The translations under genes were made by a program, and so were the position numbers. From contig PMXR01000052.1 of NCBI GenBank assembly GCA_003171035.1, positions 1 to 60,723 of the forward strand: 60,723 nucleotides of DNA, given 5' to 3'. Source of the stretch: Chloroflexota bacterium (GTDB taxonomy: Bacteria; Chloroflexota; Limnocylindria; Limnocylindrales; CSP1-4). This document shows positions 51,060-59,663 of this stretch, in pieces; position 1 is the stretch's first letter; every line of letters begins with the position of its first letter. The notes beneath the pieces were generated by a model. That model saw only the letters and a program-made list of their open reading frames with translations, was not told the DNA's origin and ran no database searches.

Positions 51060-53678
51060 ATGAGGACCGTAATGTTCGAATGCTTGCCCCTGCTTCAGCT
51101 GGCCACGCGGTTTGCGGCGGTCGGACGAAGCGCTGACAGACACTTCGCTCGCGGGATGCTGTCGATCGGTCTCGCCATCGCCCTGGCGATCTCCGCGATT
51201 CCTGCTTTGGCCGCCGCCACGGGGCCTGTGGCGTCGGCGGACCAGACACCGGACTCCATTCAGTATCAGGAATACCTGTCTCACGGCACTGAGACTTACT
51301 CATTCACGCCGGGCATCCACGCAGCCGTTTCGTATCGGCCGCGAACCGGGGACACGGAGACCATCGACGGAGCGAAACCCGTTGCGCTCCCGGCGGGCTA
51401 CCCGGCGCAGCCGGCTCCGGTTGCGCCTTCAAGCGCGGCGGCTGAGGGTACTGTGCGGCCGGCAGGGACACTGAATCCACTCCGCCGGGAGGTCTTCGGT
51501 TTCCTGCCCTACTGGGAGCTTTCGAGCACGCTCGACTACGACACTTTGTCGACGATCGCCTACTTCGGCGTCAGCGTCGGGAGCGACGGGAACCTCTATG
51601 AGGCCGGCAACGGCTGGGCCGGGTGGAACAGCTCGACGATGACGACCATCATCAACACCGCCCATGCCCATGGCACTCGCGTCGTGCTCACGGCTCAGGC
51701 CTTCGCGTGGGGCACCAGCGAAGCTGCCTCGCAGACTGCGCTTCTATCCAGCCCGACGGCCAGGCAGAACGCCGCCGCGACCATTGCGGCCACAGTCCGT
51801 AGCAGAGGCGTCGACGGCGTGGACCTGGACTTCGAGCCGATCGCGTCCGGCCAGCGCTCCAACTACGTTCTGTTCGTTCAGCAGCTTCGGATCGAGCTCG
51901 ACAAGCTTCAGCCCGGCTACGAACTGACCTTCTGCGCCACGGGGGCCCCGGGCACCTATGACCTGCCGAATCTCCTGGCGCCCGGCGCCGCGGACGCGGT
52001 CTTCATCATGGGCTACAACCTCAGAGGTGGCGACCCGGCGACGGCGGGATCGATCGACCCTCTGGCCAGCACCTTGACCAGATACACGCTTACCAGTGTG
52101 GTTGGAACGTACCTGGGCCAGGTTCCGGCGTCGAAGGTCATTCTGGGATTGCCGTGGTATGGCGCTGCGTATTCCACCGCCGCGAGCCACAGCCTCAATG
52201 CCGCGGTGGCGTCTGCGGTCACATATGGAAAGCCGGTCGAGTCGTACTACTCAACTCTATCGGGGCTCGCGTCGATGTCGGACAGCACACACCTGGGGAA
52301 GTCATATGACATCGGCGAGCAGACCGCGTGGACAGCGTATTACGGCACCTTCGGCGGACAACCCACATGGCGTGAAGGCTACTTTGATGATGCGCGGGCG
52401 TTGGGTGCCAAGTGCGATGCAATAGACGGTTGGAACCTCCGTGGTGTGGGAATATGGGCGCTGGGCTACGACAACAACAACGGCGATGGAGATCTGACGG
52501 GCGAGATCGCCGCGAAGTTCGAGACCGGTGCCGCTGGCACCACATTCCACCCGCTGGATCCCGTTCGGATTGTCGACACCCGTATTCGGCTGGGCATAGC
52601 TGGGAAGTTGCTTGCGAATGTGCCCCAGACTTTCCTTGTCGCGGGGTTGAACGGCGTAGACGGGACGGCCACGGCGGTTACCGGCAATCTGACCGTCGTC
52701 AACGAAACGAAGTCCGGCGCCCTGTATCTGGGCCCATATGCCACTAGCAGACCATCCACGTCCACGATCAACTTCGCGGCTGGGAGCACCACCGGCAACG
52801 GCGTGACGATTGGGCTGAGTGCGACAGGCAGCTTGAGCGCGGTCTACATGGCCAGCGCCGGCAACACCACTAACCTGGTGTTCGACCTGACAGGGTTCTT
52901 CACGCCAGATACGAAAGGAGCAACGTACCATCCGATGCGTCCCGTGCGAGCTGTCGACACGCGTATTGGATTGGGAACGCACGGCAAACTGGCTGCCAAG
53001 AGCCCCAGGGTATTCCAGGTCAGCACTGAAAACGGAATCCCCAAGGAGGCAGTCGCCGTCACTGCGAACATAGCGGTCGTCAATTCGTCCAGATCGGGCG
53101 CGCTATACCTTGGGCCAACCTCTCTCGCAGCTCCGCTGGCGTCGACTATCAACTTCAGTCGGTCTCAGATCGTCGCCAACAACGCGACCGTTCCTTTGAG
53201 CCCAACCGGATCGTTGAGTGCGACGTATCTCGCGCCCCAGGGAAACACCACCGACTTCGTACTAGACATCACGGGCTATTACACGCTCGATGCCAGCGGC
53301 GTCAGGTTCGTGCCGATTACGCCAGCCCGCTATGTGGACACGAGGTCGGGGCTCGGCGGCAGTGGCGGCAAACTCCGGGCGAATACTCCTAGGTCATTCG
53401 TGATCGACGGCCTCGGCAGCGTGCCCATGACTGCGACTGCGATAACTGGAAATGTGGCTGTGGTGAACGAGACCAGGTCCGGCGCGATGTTCGTAGGGCC
53501 TGATTCCATGGCGAAGCCTTCCACGTCTACTCTCAACTTCGTTCGTGGGGACATACGAGCCAACGGCATTACGGTGATGGTCGGCGGCAGTCCCGGTAGT
53601 TTGAGCGCGACGTATATGGCCGCGAGCGGGAATACGATGGATCTTGTCCTCGACATAACCGGCTACTTTGTGCCGTAG
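51060..53678 (+). CDS. secreted GH18 glycoside hydrolase plus 3 C-terminal ~120-aa modules (start uncertain 51060-51156)
   Basis: Hydrophobic leader MLSIGLAIALAISAIPALAAA. The GH18 domain spans about 51485-52500 with a perfect DxxDxDxE (DGVDLDFE; Glu codon at 51834-51836). Three modules follow. Confidence 0.8.
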   Translation: MRTVMFECLPLLQLATRFAAVGRSADRHFARGMLSIGLAIALAISAIPALAAATGPVASADQTPDSIQYQEYLSHGTETYSFTPGIHAAVSYRPRTGDTETIDGAKPVALPAGYPAQPAPVAPSSAAAEGTVRPAGTLNPLRREVFGFLPYWELSSTLDYDTLSTIAYFGVSVGSDGNLYEAGNGWAGWNSSTMTTIINTAHAHGTRVVLTAQAFAWGTSEAASQTALLSSPTARQNAAATIAATVRSRGVDGVDLDFEPIASGQRSNYVLFVQQLRIELDKLQPGYELTFCATGAPGTYDLPNLLAPGAADAVFIMGYNLRGGDPATAGSIDPLASTLTRYTLTSVVGTYLGQVPASKVILGLPWYGAAYSTAASHSLNAAVASAVTYGKPVESYYSTLSGLASMSDSTHLGKSYDIGEQTAWTAYYGTFGGQPTWREGYFDDARALGAKCDAIDGWNLRGVGIWALGYDNNNGDGDLTGEIAAKFETGAAGTTFHPLDPVRIVDTRIRLGIAGKLLANVPQTFLVAGLNGVDGTATAVTGNLTVVNETKSGALYLGPYATSRPSTSTINFAAGSTTGNGVTIGLSATGSLSAVYMASAGNTTNLVFDLTGFFTPDTKGATYHPMRPVRAVDTRIGLGTHGKLAAKSPRVFQVSTENGIPKEAVAVTANIAVVNSSRSGALYLGPTSLAAPLASTINFSRSQIVANNATVPLSPTGSLSATYLAPQGNTTDFVLDITGYYTLDASGVRFVPITPARYVDTRSGLGGSGGKLRANTPRSFVIDGLGSVPMTATAITGNVAVVNETRSGAMFVGPDSMAKPSTSTLNFVRGDIRANGITVMVGGSPGSLSATYMAASGNTMDLVLDITGYFVP
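52545..53675 (+). repeat. three tandem copies of the ~120-aa module (protein 2)
   Basis: Approximate copies are 52545-52907, 52926-53285 and 53307-53675, joined by linkers of about 6-7 aa. Confidence 0.9.
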
Positions 53679-53682
53679 CGAG

Positions 53683-55743
53683 ATGCCTACGATGAATGCC
53701 GCATTGTCCAGGTTCCGTCGCATGGCGGCAGTGGGACTGCTGGCAACGGCGGTCTGGCTGCCGACGGTGGTGGTTCCCGAGGTAGCCGCAGGCACGGCAT
53801 GCACGAGCTGGTCGAGCTCCACGACCCCACCGCCCACGATCCGCGTTCTTCGAACTGGTACCGGGCTCGTCGAGACGGTCGATTTCAGGGTCTACACCAA
53901 GATCGTGATGGCCGCGGAGTTCAACAAGACCTGGCCCTTCGAAACACTCCGGGCAGGTGCCGTCGCGGTCAAGGAGTACGCCTGGTATTACGTGCTACAT
54001 CCTCGAGGCGGCAGCAAGAACGGCTCGTGCTACGACGTCCAGGACAACTCCTCCGATCAGGATTACTGGCCGGAGACCAGGTACCCCTCCACGTCCGAGA
54101 TAAACGCCGTCGACACCACGTGGGGAGAGTCGGTTCTGAGGGGCGGCGCGGTCTTCCTCGCCGGGTACAGGTCGGGGACGAGCCTGGTGTGTGGCGGTGA
54201 CAGGGACGGTTACCACCTGTGGCAGCTGAGCGCTCGCGAATGCGGTCTCGAGGGCAAGTCGGCCGAGACGATCCTGCACATCTACTTCGACCCGGTGGCG
54301 ATTCAAGGCGGTCCGGTGGTCCCCGGCGCCCCGACCGCCGTTTCGGCGACCGGCTTTGACACTTCGGCTCTGGTGACCTGGTCGGTCCCGGCATCCAGCG
54401 GCGGCACGTCGATCACGGGATACACCGCGACATCAGATCCCGACGGCAAGACCTGCTCGACCACCGGGACCCAGTACTGCGAAGTCGCCGGTCTGATGAA
54501 CCTGACCTCATATACATTCACGGTTCGGGCAACGAACAACATCGGCACCGGGCCGTCTTCCGACCCCTCCAATGCCGTGACTCCGGCGGTGGTACATGGG
54601 TCCACCTTCGCTGCGATCAAGCCGGTGCGATTGCTCGACACTCGCGTGGGCAACGGCCTCGGCGGCAAGTTCCTCGCCAACACCCCGCGAACCTTCCAGG
54701 TAAGCAAGCGGGACGTGATTCCGGCCGGGGCCACGGCCGTCACGGGGAACCTCACCGTAGTCGGTGAATCGGGCCCGTCGGCCATCTATCTCGGGCCGGA
54801 TCCAATCGCCTACCCCTCGACTTCAACCATCAACTTCAAGCAGGGAGACGTCATCGGCAATGGTGTGATGGTCGCCCTGAGTTCGAATGGCGAGTTGAGC
54901 GCCACATACCTGGCGGCGTCAGGTCAGACGACGGATCTTGTCTTCGATGCGACGGGGTACTTCACGGCGGCAGCCAGCGGCGACAGATACCACCCGCTCG
55001 ATCCCGCTCGGCTGGTCGATAGCCGGCTCGGCCTCGGTCTCGGCGGCAAGGTCAGGGCCAATACACCCGCCACATTCACCGTCTGGAATCATGCGGGCGT
55101 CCCGATCGGGGCCACCGCGGTCACCGGTAATGTGACTGTCGTCAATGCCACGCACTCCGGCGCGGTCTTCGTCGGCCCGGATCCGATCGCGAAGCCGACC
55201 ACTTCGACGATCAACTTCAAGCAGGGTCAGGTCATTGGCAACAACGTCACCGTTGCCCTAAGCACCAAAGGCCAACTCAACGTTACATTCATGTCGGCGT
55301 CGGGAAACACCACGGATCTGGTCTTCGATATCACCGGCTACTACACGGCCGACGGCACGGGAGACACCTACGTGCCAATCCAGCCGATCCGCCTGCTGGA
55401 TACGCGTTTCAAGAACGGCCTGTCCGGCAAGTTTTCATCCAACACGCCCGGAACATTCCAGGTAAGTGGCCGGGGGTGCGTTCCGGCGACTGCCACAGCA
55501 GTGAGCGGCAACGTAGCCGTGGTCAACCAAACGAGATCATACGCAGTCTTCGTCGGTCCGAAACCCACAGCCAGCCCTTCGACATCGACCCTCAACTTCC
55601 CTAGCGGCATCGTCAGGGCAAACGGTCTGGCGGTGGCACTCAGTACCACCGGAACTCTCAGCGCGACGTACATGTCCGCGGCCGGACAGACCACGGACCT
55701 GGTCTTCGACGTCACCGGCTACTTCCAACCATCGCCGAAATGA
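53683..55743 (+). CDS. secreted SpoIID/LytB-like domain + fibronectin type III + 3 C-terminal ~120-aa modules
   Basis: Signal-like N-terminus. The SpoIID-like blocks are YTKIVMAAEF...ETLRAGAVAVKEYAWYY, CYDVQDNSSDQDY and AVDTTWGESVL (about 53830-54300). The FN3 domain spans about 54320-54590 (PGAPTAVSATGFDTSALVTWSVP...YTFTVRATNNIGTGPSS). Confidence 0.8.
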   Translation: MPTMNAALSRFRRMAAVGLLATAVWLPTVVVPEVAAGTACTSWSSSTTPPPTIRVLRTGTGLVETVDFRVYTKIVMAAEFNKTWPFETLRAGAVAVKEYAWYYVLHPRGGSKNGSCYDVQDNSSDQDYWPETRYPSTSEINAVDTTWGESVLRGGAVFLAGYRSGTSLVCGGDRDGYHLWQLSARECGLEGKSAETILHIYFDPVAIQGGPVVPGAPTAVSATGFDTSALVTWSVPASSGGTSITGYTATSDPDGKTCSTTGTQYCEVAGLMNLTSYTFTVRATNNIGTGPSSDPSNAVTPAVVHGSTFAAIKPVRLLDTRVGNGLGGKFLANTPRTFQVSKRDVIPAGATAVTGNLTVVGESGPSAIYLGPDPIAYPSTSTINFKQGDVIGNGVMVALSSNGELSATYLAASGQTTDLVFDATGYFTAAASGDRYHPLDPARLVDSRLGLGLGGKVRANTPATFTVWNHAGVPIGATAVTGNVTVVNATHSGAVFVGPDPIAKPTTSTINFKQGQVIGNNVTVALSTKGQLNVTFMSASGNTTDLVFDITGYYTADGTGDTYVPIQPIRLLDTRFKNGLSGKFSSNTPGTFQVSGRGCVPATATAVSGNVAVVNQTRSYAVFVGPKPTASPSTSTLNFPSGIVRANGLAVALSTTGTLSATYMSAAGQTTDLVFDVTGYFQPSPK
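54607..55731 (+). repeat. three tandem copies of the ~120-aa module (protein 3)
   Basis: Approximate copies are 54607-54966, 54988-55347 and 55369-55731. These copies fit the consensus best. Confidence 0.9.
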
Positions 55744-55793
55744 GCGACGGCGGTGCCCGCTACGGCCAAGCCGCTCACGAGCCCGAGAAGATC

Positions 55794-55819
55794 GCGCCGC
55801 GGGCTAGACTTTGCGGCGC
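55794..55819 (+). terminator. perfect 7-bp GC hairpin about 50 nt after the protein 3 stop (possible attenuator/terminator)
   Basis: GCGCCGC-(12 nt loop)-GCGGCGC at 55794-55800 and 55813-55819. No following U-tract. Confidence 0.25.
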
Positions 55820-56010
55820 AAACGCCACTCGCTCGATGTACCAAACCACATCGCAGTCCACCCAAACGGGCCACCCCGTCCCCGGACCAACGCGCGACTG
55901 CCCGCTGCCATTCCAACGTGACAAGGTGGTTGACCTGACCAGTGGCATCGTCCCAGTCGGACGTTCGCAGCGCGCTGACTGGCTTGCGGTCTGAATTGGA
56001 GATCATCCCA

Positions 56011-57996
56011 ATGCGCAAACTCGCGATCGCGATCGTGATCGGCTTGCTGGCCTCGGTCGGTGCAACGGTCGCCTCCGCCCCGAAGGCTGCCGCAGGCTCT
56101 TCGCCGCAGCTCAAGGTCGTTCTAGTGGTGGGAGCAGTGGAAGGCGCGACGGCGTCATACATCGCCGATGCCGATGCGGCGGCCGCCGAGTTTGCTCACT
56201 ACACCAGCAACATCGTCAAGGTCTACTCGCCCAATGCGACCTGGGCCGCCGTGCAGACGGCCGCGCAAGGGGCAAGCGTGCTGGTCTATCTGGGCCACGG
56301 CAACGGCTATCCGAATCCGTACAACTCCAAGCTTTACACGGACAGAGACAACGGCATGGGCCTCAATGCCACGGCCAACGCCGGCAACTCGAACAAGAAG
56401 TACTACGGCGAGCTGTACATGGCCCAGCTTCAGCTGGCCCCGAACGCCGTGGTTCTCCTCAACCACTTGTGCTACGCGTCCGGCAACAGCGAGTCCGGCC
56501 AGGGCCTGCCCTCTCTTTCGACGGCTGAGACTCGCGTGGATGGCTTCGGCGCCGGCTTCCTTCGCGGCAACGCCAGGGCAGTGATCGCGGAAGGCTTGGG
56601 CAATCTGAATTGGTACATCGACCACCTTTTCACACCGGGCCTGACGATCGACCAAATCTGGAAGACCTACCCCAACTTCCACAACCACGTCACGACCTGG
56701 TCTAGCACTCGGAATGCGGGATACACGTCCGAGATCGACCCCGACGTCAGCCACCCACAGAGCGACGGCGACATCTACTACAGATCCATGGTGGCCCAGC
56801 CCGGCCTCACGACCGACGCCATCGGTGTCGGCGTCACCTACCAGCCAACCACCTACACGGCAATCGACCCGGTGCGTCTACTCGACTCTCGCACGGGCAA
56901 CGGCTTCGGGGGCAAGCTAGCTGCCAACAGTCCCAGGGGCTTCCAGGTGGCGGGCCGCGGCGTAATTCCCGCCGGCGCCACTGCGGTCACCGGCAACGTC
57001 GCGGTTACGGGTCAGACGAGATCGGGAGCGATCTACGTAGGTCCGGCCTGGCTCACCTACCCGACGACCTCCACGGTCAACTTCCCGGCCGGCGCGGTGG
57101 TCGACAACGGAGTGACGGTAGCGCTAAGTCCGACGGGATATCTCTACGCCACCTACATGGCAGCCTCCGGCAACAAGACCGATCTCGTGTTCGACGCGAC
57201 CGGCTACTTCATGCCCGATCAACTCGGCTCGACATATCACGCCGTCGACCCGGCCCGCCTGGTCGACACGCGGAAAGGCGTCGGCGGGATCGGCGGCCTC
57301 GTCTACGCCAATAGGCCAGTCACCTTCGATGTCTGGCTCCACGGCAACGTTCCGCTCGGGGCCACAGCGATTACCGGCAACGCGACCGTGGTCGGCGCAA
57401 CCGGCTCATGCGCGTTCTTCCTCGGACCCAAGCCGCTCACCAGCCCGACGACGTCGACAGTCAACTTCAAAGCCGGCCAGACCGTTGGCAACAACCTGAC
57501 GGTAGCCCTGAGCGACACGGGAACTCTCAGCGCCACGTACATTGCCAAGGCCGGAAACCACGCCGCCCTCGTCTTCGACGTGACCGGTTACTACACCCAC
57601 GATCTCACGGGTGCGCGATACGTGCCGATCACGCCGGTCCGTTTGCTGGATACGAGGGCCGGGAACGGACACGCCGGCAAGCTCTCGGCCAATTCGGCAT
57701 TGCCCTTCCAGATCACCGGCCGCGGCGATGTGCCCGACGGATCAGCGGCAGTCAGTGCCAATGCCACCGTGGTGAATGAGACTACTCACGGGGCGATCTT
57801 CATCGGCCCGGTCGCGAACAACGCGCCACTTACTTCGACGCTCAATTTCGCCTCGGGCGAAATCCGGGGCAACGGCCTGACCGTGCTGCTGGGTGACGGC
57901 GGGATCCTCACCGCCACCTACATGGCCGCGTCCGGCAACAAGACCGATCTGGTAGTCGACGTCACCGGCTATTTCGCACCGATCCCGGCGCCCTAG
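56011..57996 (+). CDS. secreted protein: about 280-aa N-terminal domain with candidate His/Cys dyad plus 3 C-terminal ~120-aa modules
   Basis: ATG 56011 lies 10 nt after GGAG. The signal peptide is MRKLAIAIVIGLLASVGATVASA. The head has beta-strand/HG and beta-strand/C blocks (VLVYLGHGNG, VVLLNHLCYASG). Confidence 0.8.
   Translation: MRKLAIAIVIGLLASVGATVASAPKAAAGSSPQLKVVLVVGAVEGATASYIADADAAAAEFAHYTSNIVKVYSPNATWAAVQTAAQGASVLVYLGHGNGYPNPYNSKLYTDRDNGMGLNATANAGNSNKKYYGELYMAQLQLAPNAVVLLNHLCYASGNSESGQGLPSLSTAETRVDGFGAGFLRGNARAVIAEGLGNLNWYIDHLFTPGLTIDQIWKTYPNFHNHVTTWSSTRNAGYTSEIDPDVSHPQSDGDIYYRSMVAQPGLTTDAIGVGVTYQPTTYTAIDPVRLLDSRTGNGFGGKLAANSPRGFQVAGRGVIPAGATAVTGNVAVTGQTRSGAIYVGPAWLTYPTTSTVNFPAGAVVDNGVTVALSPTGYLYATYMAASGNKTDLVFDATGYFMPDQLGSTYHAVDPARLVDTRKGVGGIGGLVYANRPVTFDVWLHGNVPLGATAITGNATVVGATGSCAFFLGPKPLTSPTTSTVNFKAGQTVGNNLTVALSDTGTLSATYIAKAGNHAALVFDVTGYYTHDLTGARYVPITPVRLLDTRAGNGHAGKLSANSALPFQITGRGDVPDGSAAVSANATVVNETTHGAIFIGPVANNAPLTSTLNFASGEIRGNGLTVLLGDGGILTATYMAASGNKTDLVVDVTGYFAPIPAP
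56854..57981 (+). repeat. three tandem copies of the ~120-aa module (protein 4)
   Basis: Approximate copies are 56854-57216, 57235-57597 and 57619-57981. Confidence 0.9.
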
Positions 57997-58011
57997 TACC
58001 GGACTTCAGCC

Positions 58012-58773
58012 CTAGGAAGCCGGAACCGTCCGCCGCAGGAAGCCGCTGTGGCAGTACGTGGTCGTCATGCGCTCGTAGCTGCTGTCGACCTCGAAGTCCG
58101 GATGAGTCTTGAGGAAGTCGCGAACTGCTTCGAGCGGATTGTCGAGGTCCCAGGTCGGCTTGCCGTTCGGGGCGTCGGCGACCAGCGGCATCACCTCGTC
58201 GAAGACGACTATGTAACCGCCGGGGCCGATCAGGGGAGCGTATAGCTCCAGCTCGGCCCGGACGTGGTCGCGGGTGTGGTTGGAGTCGAGCATGACCATC
58301 ACGCTCTCGCCCGGCTGGATCCGGCTGCGGATCGAAGCCATCGTCGACGCTTCGGTCGAGCTGCCCTCGATCAGCGTGATCCGGCGGCTGGCCGGGTGAC
58401 TCTCGATGGCGAGCCGGTTGTACTTGCGAATCTCGATGTCCACGCCGATCACGCGGCCTCGACCCATCAGGTCGCACAGGGAGGCGTAGAGGATCAAAGC
58501 TCCGCCGTGGGCGACCCCGCTCTCCACGATGACGTCCGGGCGGTTCTTCCAGACCAGTTCCTGAACCATCAGGATGTCTTCGGGGAGCTGGATGATCGGA
58601 ATCCCGAGCCAGGTGACTTCGTAGGACAGCTTCCGCTGCCAGTTCGAACGAGTCCAGAGGTTGGCTACGACGGCGAATCCCTCCGGCGAGTAGATGTCTA
58701 CCTCGCGCTCGCCATCGGCGGTCTGGACCTTGATGAGTCTGTCCGGCTGTCGTTCCGGTGTGGATTCTGTCAC
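58012..58773 (-). CDS. CmcI-family (cephalosporin hydroxylase-like) methyltransferase, sugar O-methyltransferase-like
   Basis: GTG 58773 overlaps the upstream stop (GTGA). Contains WLGIPIIQLPEDILMVQELVWKNRPDVIVESGVAHGGALILYA. Confidence 0.75.
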   Translation of the reverse strand: MTESTPERQPDRLIKVQTADGEREVDIYSPEGFAVVANLWTRSNWQRKLSYEVTWLGIPIIQLPEDILMVQELVWKNRPDVIVESGVAHGGALILYASLCDLMGRGRVIGVDIEIRKYNRLAIESHPASRRITLIEGSSTEASTMASIRSRIQPGESVMVMLDSNHTRDHVRAELELYAPLIGPGGYIVVFDEVMPLVADAPNGKPTWDLDNPLEAVRDFLKTHPDFEVDSSYERMTTTYCHSGFLRRTVPAS

Positions 58774-59663
58774 TGGCCAATCCTCTCGCGTGTCGACCAC
58801 CAGTCGGTGGTTTGTTGGATTCCTTGCTGCAGATCGTACTTTTGCTTCCAGCCAGTGCTCAGCAGCGGTGCAGGATTGCCGGTGGCCGGCCATCCGCTGG
58901 ACTCGGAGTCCGGCAGTGAACTGGTCCCGAGCAGGTCCGGCCTTCCGGTGGCGCGACCTATTTCATCGAAGACGTCCCGCAGTTTTACCGGGCTGCCGGT
59001 GCAAATGTCGACCCGACCCGTCAGCGGGCTCTCGGCAACCTTGCACACGGCCTCGGCAACGTCCTCGACGTGAAGGTAGTCGCGGGACTGCGATCCGCTC
59101 GTCAACTCGATCCGCTCGCCTTGAAGCAGCGAGCGGATCACCAGCGGGACGACACGTCCCGGATCCTCCCAAGGTCCGTACAGGTAGTGGATGTGGGCGC
59201 AGGCGACGGTGATGGACCGTTCGGCGAGACCACCGGCCAGCTGGTGCTGGGCGGCTTTGGCCGCGGCGTAGATCGTCGGCCGGGAGGTGTTGAGGTTCTC
59301 GAGGCATGTTCCGGCCAGGATGAGCCGGCGGCACGTACCGCCGTCGGCGAGAGCCCCCATGAGATTCATACCGGCCCGCAGCGACGCCAGATTCTCCGGC
59401 ACGGCTCGGAGGTAGAAGGCCGGCTCCGCATACCAGGCCAGGTGGATGGCAGCGTCGGGCCCAATCGAGCGGATCGTGTCGTAAGCCCAAGTCTGGTCCG
59501 CGAGGTCGCCCTCGTGAATCTCCAGACCCGACTCGATTCCGGCAAGGCGGACGCGTGAAGCTCCCGGCAGGGTAATCCCGCGGACTTCCACGCCCCGCTC
59601 GACCAGGGCTCGGGCCACGGAGGCGCCGATGAATCCAGTCGCTCCGGTCAGCAGGATTCGCAT
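58770..59663 (-). CDS. NAD-dependent sugar epimerase/ketoreductase (extended SDR)
   Basis: ATG 59663 overlaps the upstream stop (ATGA). Contains MRILLTGATGFIGASVARAL and YAAAK (YxxxK). Confidence 0.8.
   Translation of the reverse strand: MRILLTGATGFIGASVARALVERGVEVRGITLPGASRVRLAGIESGLEIHEGDLADQTWAYDTIRSIGPDAAIHLAWYAEPAFYLRAVPENLASLRAGMNLMGALADGGTCRRLILAGTCLENLNTSRPTIYAAAKAAQHQLAGGLAERSITVACAHIHYLYGPWEDPGRVVPLVIRSLLQGERIELTSGSQSRDYLHVEDVAEAVCKVAESPLTGRVDICTGSPVKLRDVFDEIGRATGRPDLLGTSSLPDSESSGWPATGNPAPLLSTGWKQKYDLQQGIQQTTDWWSTRERIGQ

Noticed and set aside
57999-58023. Hairpin CCGG-a-CTTC ... GAAG-CCGG between the convergent protein 4 gene and the CmcI-like gene
   Set aside because: The stem is only about 8 bp with a bulge. 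It overlaps the stop codon and last codons of the minus-strand gene, and there is no U-tract on either strand. This is too weak to call a terminator.
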